From Bacteroidales bacterium (lineage in GTDB: Bacteria > Bacteroidota > Bacteroidia > Bacteroidales > WCHB1-69), in the NCBI GenBank assembly GCA_045598105.1, contig JAZLLK010000007.1, positions 10,981 through 74,980 of the forward strand: a stretch of DNA of 64,000 bases, in the 5' to 3' direction. Position 1 is the stretch's first letter. Every line of letters starts with the position of its first letter. The position numbers were made by a program, and so were the translations under genes. The notes under the pieces are model-generated. The model was not told where the DNA came from and did no database searches. It saw only the letters and a program-made list of their open reading frames with translations. Shown here one piece after another: positions 48,948 through 58,635 of the stretch.

Positions 48948-50261
48948 ATGACACTATCACATCATGCCGCAGGCAGAGGCATTACCGATGAGTATCTGCT
49001 GCAGTATATATGGAAAATAAGGGCTTTGGCCCACATTAGTTATATTGCTTCCACAGGGGAAAATGTGAGTATAATAGCTCCCGGAGATGAAAACATACAT
49101 AGCGGACCTGATTTTATTAATGCCAAAATACAAATAGGGCATACTATATGGGCAGGTTGTGTGGAAATACACATACGTGCTTCTGATTGGAATCGCCACG
49201 GACATCAACATGATGCATCGTATGATAATGTGGTGCTTCATGTGGTATATGATAATGATATGCAGGTGTATAATAGTAAAGGGCAGGTAGTGCCTACTAT
49301 AGCGTGGAAGCCGGTATTGAACGAGCAGCAGTATGAGCAATATGCGTATTACAAACAAAATGCGGAGGAAATAATATGTCTGCAAAGTGCTCACAGGGTG
49401 GAGCCATTGCAATTATATTCATGGATGGACATGCTGTTGGTGGAGCGGTTGGAAAACCGTATGGTAGATATAGAGCAGCAGCTAAAGCTGCAAAATGCAC
49501 GCCATGAAGAGGTGTTCTATCACATGATAGCCAAAGCCTTTGGCTTTAAAATAAATGCTTTGCCCATGCTGATAACAGCACAGTCCTTGCCATTGCTGTA
49601 TTTGGCCAGGCAGAAGAATCAATTGCTACACATAGAGGCTTTGTTATATGGCCAGGCCGGTATGCTGCAAGGCACTTTTGCGGATGAATATCCGCGGCAG
49701 TTACAGCAGGAGTACGCTATTCTGCAACGTAAATATGGTCTTAAGTCTATGTGCTCTTCCTCAATGTGGAAGTATGCCAAAATGTACCCCGGCGGGTTCC
49801 CCACTATAAGGCTGTCACAGCTGGCGGCATTAATATACCATTCCTCCTCATTGTTGTCTAAGGCATTGGAAGCCGATAGCGTGCGTGTTTTGGCCCACAT
49901 GTTCACCGTGTCGGCTTCTTCGTATTGGAATACACATTACCGTTTTGATGTGCCTACCCGGTCTGCCTCGGTAAAACGTATGGGTAGTCAGGCCGTATAT
50001 TCTATTATTATTAATACCGTACTTCCTTATATGTATGCCTATGCTGTGTGGTATGAGCAGGTAGAATTAAAGCACAGAGTGGTACATTTTTACGAAAATT
50101 TGCCTATAGAGCAGAATATCATAGTTCGTAAGTACAAGCATTTGGAACCTATGATACATAACGCTTTACATTCGCAGGCATTAATAGAAATGTATGAGCA
50201 TTATTGCACCAAAAAACAATGCAATAAATGTGCTATTGGCCTGTATTTACTCAAGGTGTAA
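48948..50261 (+). CDS. DUF2851-like conserved protein of unknown function
   Basis: The N-terminus DEYLLQYIWKIRAL ... GPDFINAKIQIG ... VEIHIRASDW is, from memory, characteristic of DUF2851. A C-terminal CxxC (CNKC) is present. Confidence 0.65.
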   Translation: MTLSHHAAGRGITDEYLLQYIWKIRALAHISYIASTGENVSIIAPGDENIHSGPDFINAKIQIGHTIWAGCVEIHIRASDWNRHGHQHDASYDNVVLHVVYDNDMQVYNSKGQVVPTIAWKPVLNEQQYEQYAYYKQNAEEIICLQSAHRVEPLQLYSWMDMLLVERLENRMVDIEQQLKLQNARHEEVFYHMIAKAFGFKINALPMLITAQSLPLLYLARQKNQLLHIEALLYGQAGMLQGTFADEYPRQLQQEYAILQRKYGLKSMCSSSMWKYAKMYPGGFPTIRLSQLAALIYHSSSLLSKALEADSVRVLAHMFTVSASSYWNTHYRFDVPTRSASVKRMGSQAVYSIIINTVLPYMYAYAVWYEQVELKHRVVHFYENLPIEQNIIVRKYKHLEPMIHNALHSQALIEMYEHYCTKKQCNKCAIGLYLLKV

Positions 50262-50328
50262 AAAATATATATGAAAAAATGTATAACATGTACAAAATAA
50301 GTACAAATATGTAATTGTTTTTTTTAGT

Positions 50329-51465
50329 TTATGGCAGGTCTTTAGGTTTGCTGAAGTTGGTATCCTGTATGAATTGATAGTCCGTAAGGGTAAGCAGAAA
50401 AGCTTTTAGCTGTCGTTTTTCCTTGGGGGTGAGGTGTACGCCTCCGTTTTGTATTTGGTGCATGAGCGGATGTACGTAAGGTGAGGCGTGCAAGCCTTCG
50501 CTGTAAAAGTCTATTACCTCGTCAAGGGTGCTATATCTTCCGTCGTGCATGTAAGGAGCGGTAATAGATACATTCCTTAATGAGGGTGCGCGATAACTTC
50601 CTTTGTCTTTTTCCAGGCCGGTAACGGCATAGCGGTCTATAGGGTCGGTACACAGGCTGTCCAGGCCGTTATTATAGTATTGGTTGGTAGTCATGAGCAT
50701 GTTGCCGTTGCTGCCGTGGCAATGAAAGCAGTCGGCACCTTCTTCGGTGGTGAATAATACCCAGCCTGCCAGTTCATCGGCCGATAGCATGGTTTCACCT
50801 CGCATATATTGGTCAAATACCGAATTGTGTGATATGAGGGTGCGTACAAATTGGGCTATGGCCTTGGCTATGCGGCTCATGGTGATGTCTTCGCTACCAA
50901 AGGCTGCTTTGAACATGGGCGGGTATATGCTTATGCTCTTTAGTGTGTTTATACATCGTTCAGGTGTGGTATAGAGTTCGTTTTCGGCCATAATGCTCAT
51001 TACCACTATGTCTTCTATATTACGGGCATGAGTATTGGTATTGTGCGGATATATGGCCCCATTCCAATTGTAGCCGTTGGAGTTGAATACTACATTGCAT
51101 AAAGGAAGCATGTTGTGGTGGGTGGGGTGCCCGTTGATTCCGCGAGGTATGCCACCGGGAAATTTGGCATTTTGTGTACCACACACAAAGGCATTACTTT
51201 GCACATGGCAGGTAGCACAACTCATAAGGGAATCGGCACAGGTGCCTGTGTAGCCTCTAAGGCGGCCGTCATAGAACAGGTATCGCCCCAAGCGTATTCC
51301 CTCTACCGTGAGCGGATTGTCCTGAGGTATGTTCAATTCGGTAGGAAACATGGCCGGTATGCTCAACTCGTAAGCCGTGGCCTTAAAAGCCTCTTCCGGC
51401 TTAGGGCCATGGCAGGCACAGCATAACACCACCATTCCTGTAAAAAGAGCAACCCGGTACTTCAT
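50329..51465 (-). CDS. Di-haem cytochrome c peroxidase (CCP/MauG family), lipoprotein
   Basis: Lipobox LCCAC. Two CxxCH motifs (CATCH and CFHCH) and the distal PYMHDG motif are present. Confidence 0.9.
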   Translation of the reverse strand: MKYRVALFTGMVVLCCACHGPKPEEAFKATAYELSIPAMFPTELNIPQDNPLTVEGIRLGRYLFYDGRLRGYTGTCADSLMSCATCHVQSNAFVCGTQNAKFPGGIPRGINGHPTHHNMLPLCNVVFNSNGYNWNGAIYPHNTNTHARNIEDIVVMSIMAENELYTTPERCINTLKSISIYPPMFKAAFGSEDITMSRIAKAIAQFVRTLISHNSVFDQYMRGETMLSADELAGWVLFTTEEGADCFHCHGSNGNMLMTTNQYYNNGLDSLCTDPIDRYAVTGLEKDKGSYRAPSLRNVSITAPYMHDGRYSTLDEVIDFYSEGLHASPYVHPLMHQIQNGGVHLTPKEKRQLKAFLLTLTDYQFIQDTNFSKPKDLP

Positions 51466-51473
51466 ATTATGAA

Positions 51474-51797
51474 TTATTTACGCACGTAGTGCGGCAGGTC
51501 AAACGGAATTACAAATGAGTATTCTATCAGCCCCATTATTTCACCCTGCTCATTCCGCCATGGCGTTTGGTATATTATTTTCTTCTTGCCTTGCTTTTCT
51601 ATGGTGTAAGCATTGGTTTGGCCGGTGGCCAAAAGCATGCGTATTTTCTCCTGAGAGTGAGGATTATGACAGGCAAACATGTTCTTGCCTGTCATATCAC
51701 CAAAAGTGGCTATGGACTTACTATTCATATATATAATGTTTCCCTCTCTGTCACATACGGTAATACTTCCTTCTGCATGTTTAAAATAATCTTCCAT
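51474..51797 (-). CDS. Stand-alone PAS-like domain protein
   Basis: 107 aa. ITVCDREGNIIYMNSKS ... beta-strand-rich C-terminus, consistent with a single PAS fold. It ends 8 nt upstream of the peroxidase gene. Confidence 0.6.
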   Translation of the reverse strand: MEDYFKHAEGSITVCDREGNIIYMNSKSIATFGDMTGKNMFACHNPHSQEKIRMLLATGQTNAYTIEKQGKKKIIYQTPWRNEQGEIMGLIEYSFVIPFDLPHYVRK

Positions 51798-51839
51798 ATT
51801 TCAATTATATTATGTGTATATGCTATAAATAATAATATG

Positions 51840-51847
51840 CAAATATA
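51840..51847 (-). promoter_or_regulatory. -7 promoter motif (TATATTTG) for the PAS-peroxidase pair
   Basis: 42 nt upstream of ATG 51797. Confidence 0.5.
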
Positions 51848-51950
51848 ACATTTTATTGTGGAAAAAGTGTGTGAAAAAAGTAAAAAATATCAATATTAAA
51901 GTGGTAATTTCGCATATTATAATAATGTAAAATATATAAACAAACATATC

Positions 51951-53105
51951 ATGATAATTTTAGAAAAACCCTTTGTTTCAAATACACTTATACGCACAGC
52001 TATAGAACACAAATTACCGGTGCTGCGTAATGCCATGAGTGAGAGTTTGGTACAGCAAGGTTACGCCTTAAACCTATATACCTCTGAAGCCTTTATACAG
52101 GAATATAACAGGCGGCACAGATTGTATACTATGTCAGAAAATGCTTTGGGATGGGTAGTGGAAAAATTGCCCGATGCTGCTTTGCTTCAAAAAATAGAAC
52201 TGCTGAAAAATAAGGCTACCTTTCGTCGCATTTGCAGTAATATGTACCCTCATTTCTTCTTTTGTGAAACAGCTATAGATAAAATGCATGAAATAGACGC
52301 TACCCAATTACAATATCCCTTGGTGCTTAAGCCATCGGTGGGTTTTTTGAGCGCAGGAGTGTATGTGGTTCATAATGTCACACAGTGGGCCAATGCCGTG
52401 CATGAAATACAACATTCCTTCCGTAAGGTAGGTGAGCAGTTTCCCGAATATGTGGTGGGTACCCACATGTATTTAATAGAAGAATATATTAAAGGTGAAG
52501 AATATGCCGTGGATGCCTATTTTGATGCCGAAGGACATCCCGTAATATTGAATATATTCCATCACCGATTTGCCTCGGAATCGGATACAAGTGATCGTTT
52601 GTATTGTTCTTCTAAGGCCCTGTATGATACGTATGAAGAGCCGTTTACCCGCTTTTTGGTGCAGACCAATAGGGTGCTGCAGTTGAAAAATTTCCCTATG
52701 CATATAGAATTCCGTTACGACGGTAATATGGCTATACCCATAGAAATTAACCCCCTGCGATTTGCCGGCTTTTGCCTTAATGAATTGCAAACACACATAA
52801 GCGGTATTCACCCTATATTAGCGTATTTGAATGATATACATATTACCCGTGAGCAAATGTGGCAGGGTAAGGAGCATGATATCTATAGTTTTTTGGTGCT
52901 GGAACGTCCTGCTGATGTACCGGGTAGTATGGAATTTGATAAGGCTAAGTTCTGTGCGGACTTTATGCATGTGCTGGAACTTAGACCGGTAGAAGCCAAA
53001 GTGGGTGTAGCCGCTACGGCATTTATTCGTACCGATAAGGCACATGAATATGAATTTGACAAAGTGCTTCACTTGGATATGCATGATTATATGACAGAAA
53101 AATAA
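51951..53105 (+). CDS. ATP-grasp domain protein, substrate unknown
   Basis: PLVLKPSVGFLSAGVYVV, LIEEYIKGEEYAVDAYF and IPIEINPLRFAG match ATP-grasp nucleotide and Mg-binding segments. Confidence 0.72.
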   Translation: MIILEKPFVSNTLIRTAIEHKLPVLRNAMSESLVQQGYALNLYTSEAFIQEYNRRHRLYTMSENALGWVVEKLPDAALLQKIELLKNKATFRRICSNMYPHFFFCETAIDKMHEIDATQLQYPLVLKPSVGFLSAGVYVVHNVTQWANAVHEIQHSFRKVGEQFPEYVVGTHMYLIEEYIKGEEYAVDAYFDAEGHPVILNIFHHRFASESDTSDRLYCSSKALYDTYEEPFTRFLVQTNRVLQLKNFPMHIEFRYDGNMAIPIEINPLRFAGFCLNELQTHISGIHPILAYLNDIHITREQMWQGKEHDIYSFLVLERPADVPGSMEFDKAKFCADFMHVLELRPVEAKVGVAATAFIRTDKAHEYEFDKVLHLDMHDYMTEK

Positions 53106-53161
53106 CAGCATCTATCACATTTTTTTTTGCTTTGGCTTGCTATTTGTTTAATAATTAATGT

Positions 53162-53169
53162 TATCTTTG
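53162..53169 (+). promoter_or_regulatory. -7 promoter motif (TATCTTTG)
   Basis: 39 nt upstream of ATG 53209. It lies inside the ORF-track extension starting at 53158. Confidence 0.55.
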
Positions 53170-53208
53170 CAAAATAATAATAGAATTAAAAAAATAAAAC
53201 CTCCCGAT

Positions 53209-54270
53209 ATGAAAAGAATATTGTTGATAATCAGTTGTGTAATATGTGCTAATATGGCTATAGCTGCACATATATGTATTAAAGGTACCATAGAAAATGC
53301 TTCCGCTAATGACAGCGTGGCACTTATTAACCCCTTTTTACAGCGAAACGGCGTAATGGAAGTGGCTCATGTGAGTAAAAAAGGAACTTACCAGTTCTAT
53401 TATGAACCTCAGGAAATAGGATTTTATTATTTATCCGCATCTACCGGTAAAAATATACTCGTAGTATTGAGGCCTAATACTACACTTACCCTTGACTTTG
53501 ATGCCACTACAGGGGTGATTACCAAGAGTGAAAATTCCCCCGAAAACGAACTGCTGCGGCAGTACCAAATGCTGGCAGTACAAGCCGAACAGCAAATGCA
53601 AGGGCTTAAAACCAATACCGACCCTAATGTTACTGCCGAAAGCATAGAAGTGAACCTTATGGTGCAGCGTCAGCGTTTGTGTATGGAAAATATAGGAAAC
53701 TATGCTACCGGTGTGTTGGTGGATTATATGAACCCCGAAACCAACGGGGCTGTTGTAGACTCCATGATGGAAGGGCTCATTAAGGCTTATCCTGATAACG
53801 GCTACGTGAAAGCCCGTTATGCTCAGTGGATGAGTGTAAAGCAAGCCGCCATAGGTCAGCCGGCTCCTGAAATAGCCCTGCAAGATACCAATGGTAACCT
53901 GTTCCGCCTGTCTTCATTAAAAGGTCATGTGGTAATAGTGGATTTTTGGGCTTCATGGTGTGGCCCCTGCCGTAGGGAAAATCCTAATATGGTACGTATA
54001 TATAATACTTATAAGGAGCAGGGATTGGAAATATTAGGCGTATCATTGGACCGTGCACATGCCCAATGGACTGCCGCTATTAATGCCGACGGACTTACAT
54101 GGCATCATGTAAGTGATTTGAAATATTGGGACTGCGTGGCAGCTAAGGATTATGGCGTAAAAAGCATACCTCACACCGTGGTAATAGACCGTAACGGTAA
54201 CATAGTAGCTAAGGGGCTGCGAGGCCGGGATTTGGAAAATAAGGTGAAAGAGGTGCTCCTGCAAAAATAA
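53209..54270 (+). CDS. TlpA/ResA-like thiol-disulfide oxidoreductase with an N-terminal accessory domain
   Basis: A signal peptide is present. The C-terminal thioredoxin fold carries the WASWCGPC active site. Confidence 0.85.
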   Translation: MKRILLIISCVICANMAIAAHICIKGTIENASANDSVALINPFLQRNGVMEVAHVSKKGTYQFYYEPQEIGFYYLSASTGKNILVVLRPNTTLTLDFDATTGVITKSENSPENELLRQYQMLAVQAEQQMQGLKTNTDPNVTAESIEVNLMVQRQRLCMENIGNYATGVLVDYMNPETNGAVVDSMMEGLIKAYPDNGYVKARYAQWMSVKQAAIGQPAPEIALQDTNGNLFRLSSLKGHVVIVDFWASWCGPCRRENPNMVRIYNTYKEQGLEILGVSLDRAHAQWTAAINADGLTWHHVSDLKYWDCVAAKDYGVKSIPHTVVIDRNGNIVAKGLRGRDLENKVKEVLLQK

Positions 54271-55004
54271 TGATATACGATTTAAACGGCACCCCATCAG
54301 AAGCCTTTCCCGATATTACCCACATGGACATAGAACCCGATGGCATTATAGCCATAGGTGGTGATCTGAGTCCTCAACGTATATTGGCCGCCTATAGTCA
54401 GGGTGTGTTTCCTATGCCCTATATAGATGAGAAAGGTGAGTCCCTGTTAGAATGGTGGACATTTCCGGAGCGACTGATTATATATCCCCATCAGGTAAAA
54501 TTCTCCAAAAGTTGGTTGCAACGTGTACGTAAACACGACTATGAGGTAAAAATGGATACCAATTTTGCAGGAGTAATATCCGCCTGCAAAAATGTATCCC
54601 GTCAAGGCGGGTGGATAACCCATGATATAGAAGAGGCATTTGTGCGTATGCATCAATTGGGCTATGCCCATAGCGTGGAAGTATATACACATAATGAATT
54701 GGTGGGCGGCTTGTATGGTATGTGCTTGGGTAATATGTTTGTGGGTGATTCCATGTTCCACACTCAAAGTGATATGTCTAAAATAGCTTTCTATTATTTG
54801 GTGCAGCTGGTAAAGGTACTACACATGGATTTTATAGACTGCCAGCAGGTATCACCTCATTTTCTCCAATGGGGCGGTACCATCATTTCCCGTGAGGACT
54901 TCTATCCTATATTACGTCATTCTTTGTGTTCCCCTACCCTCACCGGCGACTGGACAGGTGTAATGGATAAGGTAGCTAATGATATAAAAATAAATGGAAA
55001 ATAG
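54270..55004 (+). CDS. aat: Leucyl/phenylalanyl-tRNA--protein transferase
   Basis: IAIGGDLSPQRILAAYSQGVFPMPY and GGLYGMCLG are typical of Aat. Its start overlaps the upstream stop (TAATG). Confidence 0.88.
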   Translation: MIYDLNGTPSEAFPDITHMDIEPDGIIAIGGDLSPQRILAAYSQGVFPMPYIDEKGESLLEWWTFPERLIIYPHQVKFSKSWLQRVRKHDYEVKMDTNFAGVISACKNVSRQGGWITHDIEEAFVRMHQLGYAHSVEVYTHNELVGGLYGMCLGNMFVGDSMFHTQSDMSKIAFYYLVQLVKVLHMDFIDCQQVSPHFLQWGGTIISREDFYPILRHSLCSPTLTGDWTGVMDKVANDIKINGK

Positions 55005-55025
55005 TATGTTATTATAAAAATATAC

Positions 55026-55064
55026 TAAAAAAGCGGATAAAAGTAAATTTTATCCGCTTTTTTG
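55026..55064. terminator. Bidirectional terminator between aat (+) and the S8 peptidase gene (-)
   Basis: A stem of about 15 bp, AAGCGGATAAAAG... pairing with ...TTTTATCCGCTT, flanked by A5 and T6 runs. Confidence 0.85.
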
Positions 55065-55082
55065 ATGTTCTTTTTTGATCGT

Positions 55083-58000
55083 TTATCGGCTTATTATCAT
55101 ACGTAGTGAGTATGAGCCGTTTTCGGTAAGGAGTTTTATAATATATACTCCGGCCGATAAGTCATTGAAGTGTATTTTTATGCTATTTTCACTTCTTGCG
55201 GGTGCAGGTACGCTTATGTGTTGGCCTGTAATATCATATACCTGTATTTGCGTATTCATGGTGTTGAATGGGCAACTTATAACAGCCTCTCCTTGTGATG
55301 GATTAGGGTAGAGTAATATACGCCCGTTATAGTCGGTTGTATTTATGTCTTCATATATGTCCGCATAGGTTTCGGCCGTATCCGATACGCATCCGTATTC
55401 ATTGCTTACCGTGAGCTCATACCATCCGGACTGTGATACGGTGTAGTTTTGGAGCGTAGCTCCTGCTATAATACTATGTTCATAGTACCATTGATTGCCG
55501 CTTGCGGCACTGGAGGTGAGTACATTATTATGGGCCGTAATTACCGGCGTAGCGGGCGTAGCATATATAAGGTGTACGCTGTCACTCCATACGCTGGAGT
55601 ATCCTATATTATTGGTAACCTTTACGGTATAGTATCCGCTGTCGGATACGGTTATGTGTGGGGTAGTGTGTCCGCTGCTCCATGTATATGCGGCATATCC
55701 GTCGGGAGCGGTAAGCGTAACAGAATCACCTTCACACATATATATATCACCTGCAGGTAATATAGAAGGTTTAAGCGGTATAAACTCTATGGTGTCAATG
55801 TTTACGGTATCCATGCCTGATGTGCAGCCGTGAGCATTCCTCACGGTAAGCCCATATATGCCTGGCCGGCTCACGGTGTAGGTGGTATCGGTGGCGTCAC
55901 TGATAATGTTCCCATTATAATACCATTGATTACCTGTGGTATAATCAGATGAAAGCGTGAATCCGTTTCTACTTATTGTAGGGGTTGCGGGTATGGTATC
56001 AATGCTCACGTTCATGGTATCACTCCACGGACCTATGTAGTCATCGGTGGATGTGAGCTTTACGGCATAGCCGCCGGCATTGCATACGTATATGCATTGA
56101 GTGGTATCACCTGTGGTCCATATATAATGTTTATATCCGGCAGGGGCAGCCACAAGTAAAGTATCACCTTGACATATAGTGGTATCACTATATTTTACCT
56201 TAGGAGGTATGTGGCTGAGTATGTATTGTATGCCGGCCAAGGCGTTTACCTTGCCTGCTCCCCACAGATCGGCACGGGTATAAAAGGCATCTTGTATAGA
56301 GGTGGCTTGTATTATGGCTTTAGCTTGTGCTACCGACAGTTGCGGGTATGCCTGAAGCCATAGAGCCATAATGCCTGTCATAGAGGGAGCCGCCATGGAA
56401 GTGCCTTGCATTACGGCATAATAGTAGGTTCTGTTATGACTTATTACATCGGCTACGGTGTATGATGAGTTGGCATCGTAGGTTGGATGGTATGAGTTTA
56501 CCGATGAAGCCAGTGTTTGGCCGGGAGCTGCTACATCCGGTTTGTGTCTTCCGTCTGCGGTGGGTCCATGGCTGGAAAATGGGGCTATGTCATTAAGGGT
56601 AGCAGTGGGATAGTAGTAACTTTTTTGGTTGAGTGCAGTCCATTGGCGGCGGCTGGTATAGGCACCCACCGATATCATGCTTTTGCCGGTACCGCCACAT
56701 TCTCCGCAGGTATAGTCGGTATTGCCATCTGTGTACCCGTTTATATTATGACGGGTAAATATGCCGCTATTAAACCATGCGTGTACGGGAGCGTTATTAC
56801 GTGAGGTAATTTGTATATAAGTCAAATTTACCGTATCGTCCTGTTTGTTGTTGTTTACATATAGGAGAACTCTGGGCTTATTGTTAAGCGGAAATATGTC
56901 GGTGGCTATGCTCATTTTTAAGGTGTCGGGTGTTGAGGCATCGTTGTCTGTCAATGCAAATGTGAAGCCGGTGTTTTGACGGGGGTCTATGCTAATGGTG
57001 GAATCAATAACGGTATGCGTACGGGAGTTGTAAATACCTAATGTTACGCTGTATTGGGCATTAGTGTCCCCCCATATGTCTATGTAGCCGCTGCCATTGT
57101 TTCCGGTGTTATTAAAGTAAAGAAATGAGCGTATGGTAGAGGCTGTGTTTACATTCAGGTGGAGGCTGTCGCCACCTTCATTGCCGGCGGAACCTACCAA
57201 TATCACACCTTGCGGCATGGAATCATGTAGCAGGGCACTGCAGTAGGTGTCAAAGGCGGAGCATCCGTCGTGCGGACCCACATGTGAGCCCAAGCTCATG
57301 TTAATAACGCAGGGCTTGCCTACCGAACGTGCATAATTGGCTATGTAGCATATACCGTCATATATGCCTGCCGTGCTCATGTCGGTAGCTACCATTACTA
57401 TGTCGCTTAAGGGAGCCATGCCTTTATAGGGAGTGCTGTCACGGTATCCGCCTCCGGCGGCTATGCCGGCTACATGGCTGCCGTGCGATTGATTATTATG
57501 ACTATATAGTGCACGGTACATCGCTATGGAGTCAGTGAGCTCACTGCCGTAGTTAAAGCCTGCGGGGTGAGTTCCGTATTCGTCATCCTGATTCCATACC
57601 CGTTTAATGCGTAAATAGGAGCCCGTGGGGTCTAAAAACTGAGGATGGGTATAGTCAAAGCCTATGTCTATTATGCCTACTATCACATCTTCACCATTGT
57701 ATGCCTGTGGTAGCGAGTAGCCGCTTTGTACCATGTCGGCCATGGTTTTATAGCGTGCACTATCCATCAAGGGCTTTACCGGTTCACCTATTTCTATATA
57801 GTCTACCTGTTCGCACAAGGCCAAATGCTTTATTTCCGTAATGGGTAGGGTAACCGTAAGGTAAGGGCCTACGCATGTATTAATGTGTACATGGTATTGT
57901 TGCAATACATCTGCATCATTGGCCGAATGAAGTATAAGAAATGCATTGGCATACCATATTCCGTCACGTTGTTTTAAAAGGTATGCCTGCTCACTTTGTC

Positions 58001-58133
58001 GGTGAGTATTGCAGGTATGGTGCTCCATGTCGGCAAGCATCATGGCCGTGTATGGGGATATTTTATTGTGAGCATTTTGTGCCATGGTTATGGTACATAG
58101 CAGGCAAATAAAGGCTATAAATGTGTTTTTCAT
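55083..58133 (-). CDS. S8 (subtilisin-family) serine peptidase with tandem duplicated beta-sandwich modules and a T9SS C-terminal domain
   Basis: The triad contexts are GIIDIGFDYTHP (Asp), HGSHVAGIAAG (His) and GTSMAAPSMTGIMAL (Ser). A module of about 135 aa occurs twice (ICQGD... and MCEGD...). The C-terminus LLYPNPSQGEAVI ... LSAGVYIIKL looks like a Por tail. Confidence 0.9.
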   Translation of the reverse strand: MKNTFIAFICLLCTITMAQNAHNKISPYTAMMLADMEHHTCNTHRQSEQAYLLKQRDGIWYANAFLILHSANDADVLQQYHVHINTCVGPYLTVTLPITEIKHLALCEQVDYIEIGEPVKPLMDSARYKTMADMVQSGYSLPQAYNGEDVIVGIIDIGFDYTHPQFLDPTGSYLRIKRVWNQDDEYGTHPAGFNYGSELTDSIAMYRALYSHNNQSHGSHVAGIAAGGGYRDSTPYKGMAPLSDIVMVATDMSTAGIYDGICYIANYARSVGKPCVINMSLGSHVGPHDGCSAFDTYCSALLHDSMPQGVILVGSAGNEGGDSLHLNVNTASTIRSFLYFNNTGNNGSGYIDIWGDTNAQYSVTLGIYNSRTHTVIDSTISIDPRQNTGFTFALTDNDASTPDTLKMSIATDIFPLNNKPRVLLYVNNNKQDDTVNLTYIQITSRNNAPVHAWFNSGIFTRHNINGYTDGNTDYTCGECGGTGKSMISVGAYTSRRQWTALNQKSYYYPTATLNDIAPFSSHGPTADGRHKPDVAAPGQTLASSVNSYHPTYDANSSYTVADVISHNRTYYYAVMQGTSMAAPSMTGIMALWLQAYPQLSVAQAKAIIQATSIQDAFYTRADLWGAGKVNALAGIQYILSHIPPKVKYSDTTICQGDTLLVAAPAGYKHYIWTTGDTTQCIYVCNAGGYAVKLTSTDDYIGPWSDTMNVSIDTIPATPTISRNGFTLSSDYTTGNQWYYNGNIISDATDTTYTVSRPGIYGLTVRNAHGCTSGMDTVNIDTIEFIPLKPSILPAGDIYMCEGDSVTLTAPDGYAAYTWSSGHTTPHITVSDSGYYTVKVTNNIGYSSVWSDSVHLIYATPATPVITAHNNVLTSSAASGNQWYYEHSIIAGATLQNYTVSQSGWYELTVSNEYGCVSDTAETYADIYEDINTTDYNGRILLYPNPSQGEAVISCPFNTMNTQIQVYDITGQHISVPAPARSENSIKIHFNDLSAGVYIIKLLTENGSYSLRMIISR
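55340..56190 (-). repeat. Internal tandem duplication (two units of about 135 aa) inside the S8 peptidase
   Basis: The units CQGDTLLVAAPAGYKHYIWTTGDTT...GNQWYYNGNIISDATDTTYTV...HGCTS and CEGDSVTLTAPDGYAAYTWSSGHTT...GNQWYYEHSIIAGATLQNYTV...YGCVS align colinearly. The boundaries are approximate. Confidence 0.7.
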
Positions 58134-58148
58134 ATAATAATAATGTTA

Positions 58149-58631
58149 TTAGTTTACTTTTATGGCTGCATTATCAGGTAAGGGCGTGGAAGTATTAGGT
58201 CTGGCAGGTATGCTTATGTCTATGTATTGTATGGCATTACATTTAAGCAGGTCAGGAATAATGTGTATGGATATGTTTACTGTGTATAAAGTGTCGTGTA
58301 CGGAGTGTATATTTCCTTTATTGCCTATAACGGACGATAAGTCAGTTCCTTTATAGGTAATAACGTTTCCGCGCACGTAGAAGGTATTATCTGTTTTTTT
58401 TAGCCCGTACAGGTCTATAATATTGGCAGAGGGAATGTATGTGTTCCATGTGCTATGCTGTGCCTGCATATCCTGTTCTATATCCTGTAGCAGCATTAGG
58501 GTAGTGGCTGACAGTGTAGGCTGAGTGGCTGTGTATGCTTGTGCGGCAGGCTTTACACCGGAGCAGCCTATGTGTAGTGTCGCAAGTATTAATAGTATGA
58601 GTGAATATATGATTCTAAATACAGGTTTCAT
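58149..58631 (-). CDS. Lipoprotein paralogous to the N-terminal (pro)domain of the downstream S8 peptidase
   Basis: The start is set at MKPVFRIIYSLILLILATLHIGC (lipobox), with a promoter motif 4 nt upstream. The body aligns by eye to S8 residues ~25-125. It ends 15 nt before the peptidase ATG. Confidence 0.6.
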   Translation of the reverse strand: MKPVFRIIYSLILLILATLHIGCSGVKPAAQAYTATQPTLSATTLMLLQDIEQDMQAQHSTWNTYIPSANIIDLYGLKKTDNTFYVRGNVITYKGTDLSSVIGNKGNIHSVHDTLYTVNISIHIIPDLLKCNAIQYIDISIPARPNTSTPLPDNAAIKVN

Positions 58632-58635
58632 ATTG

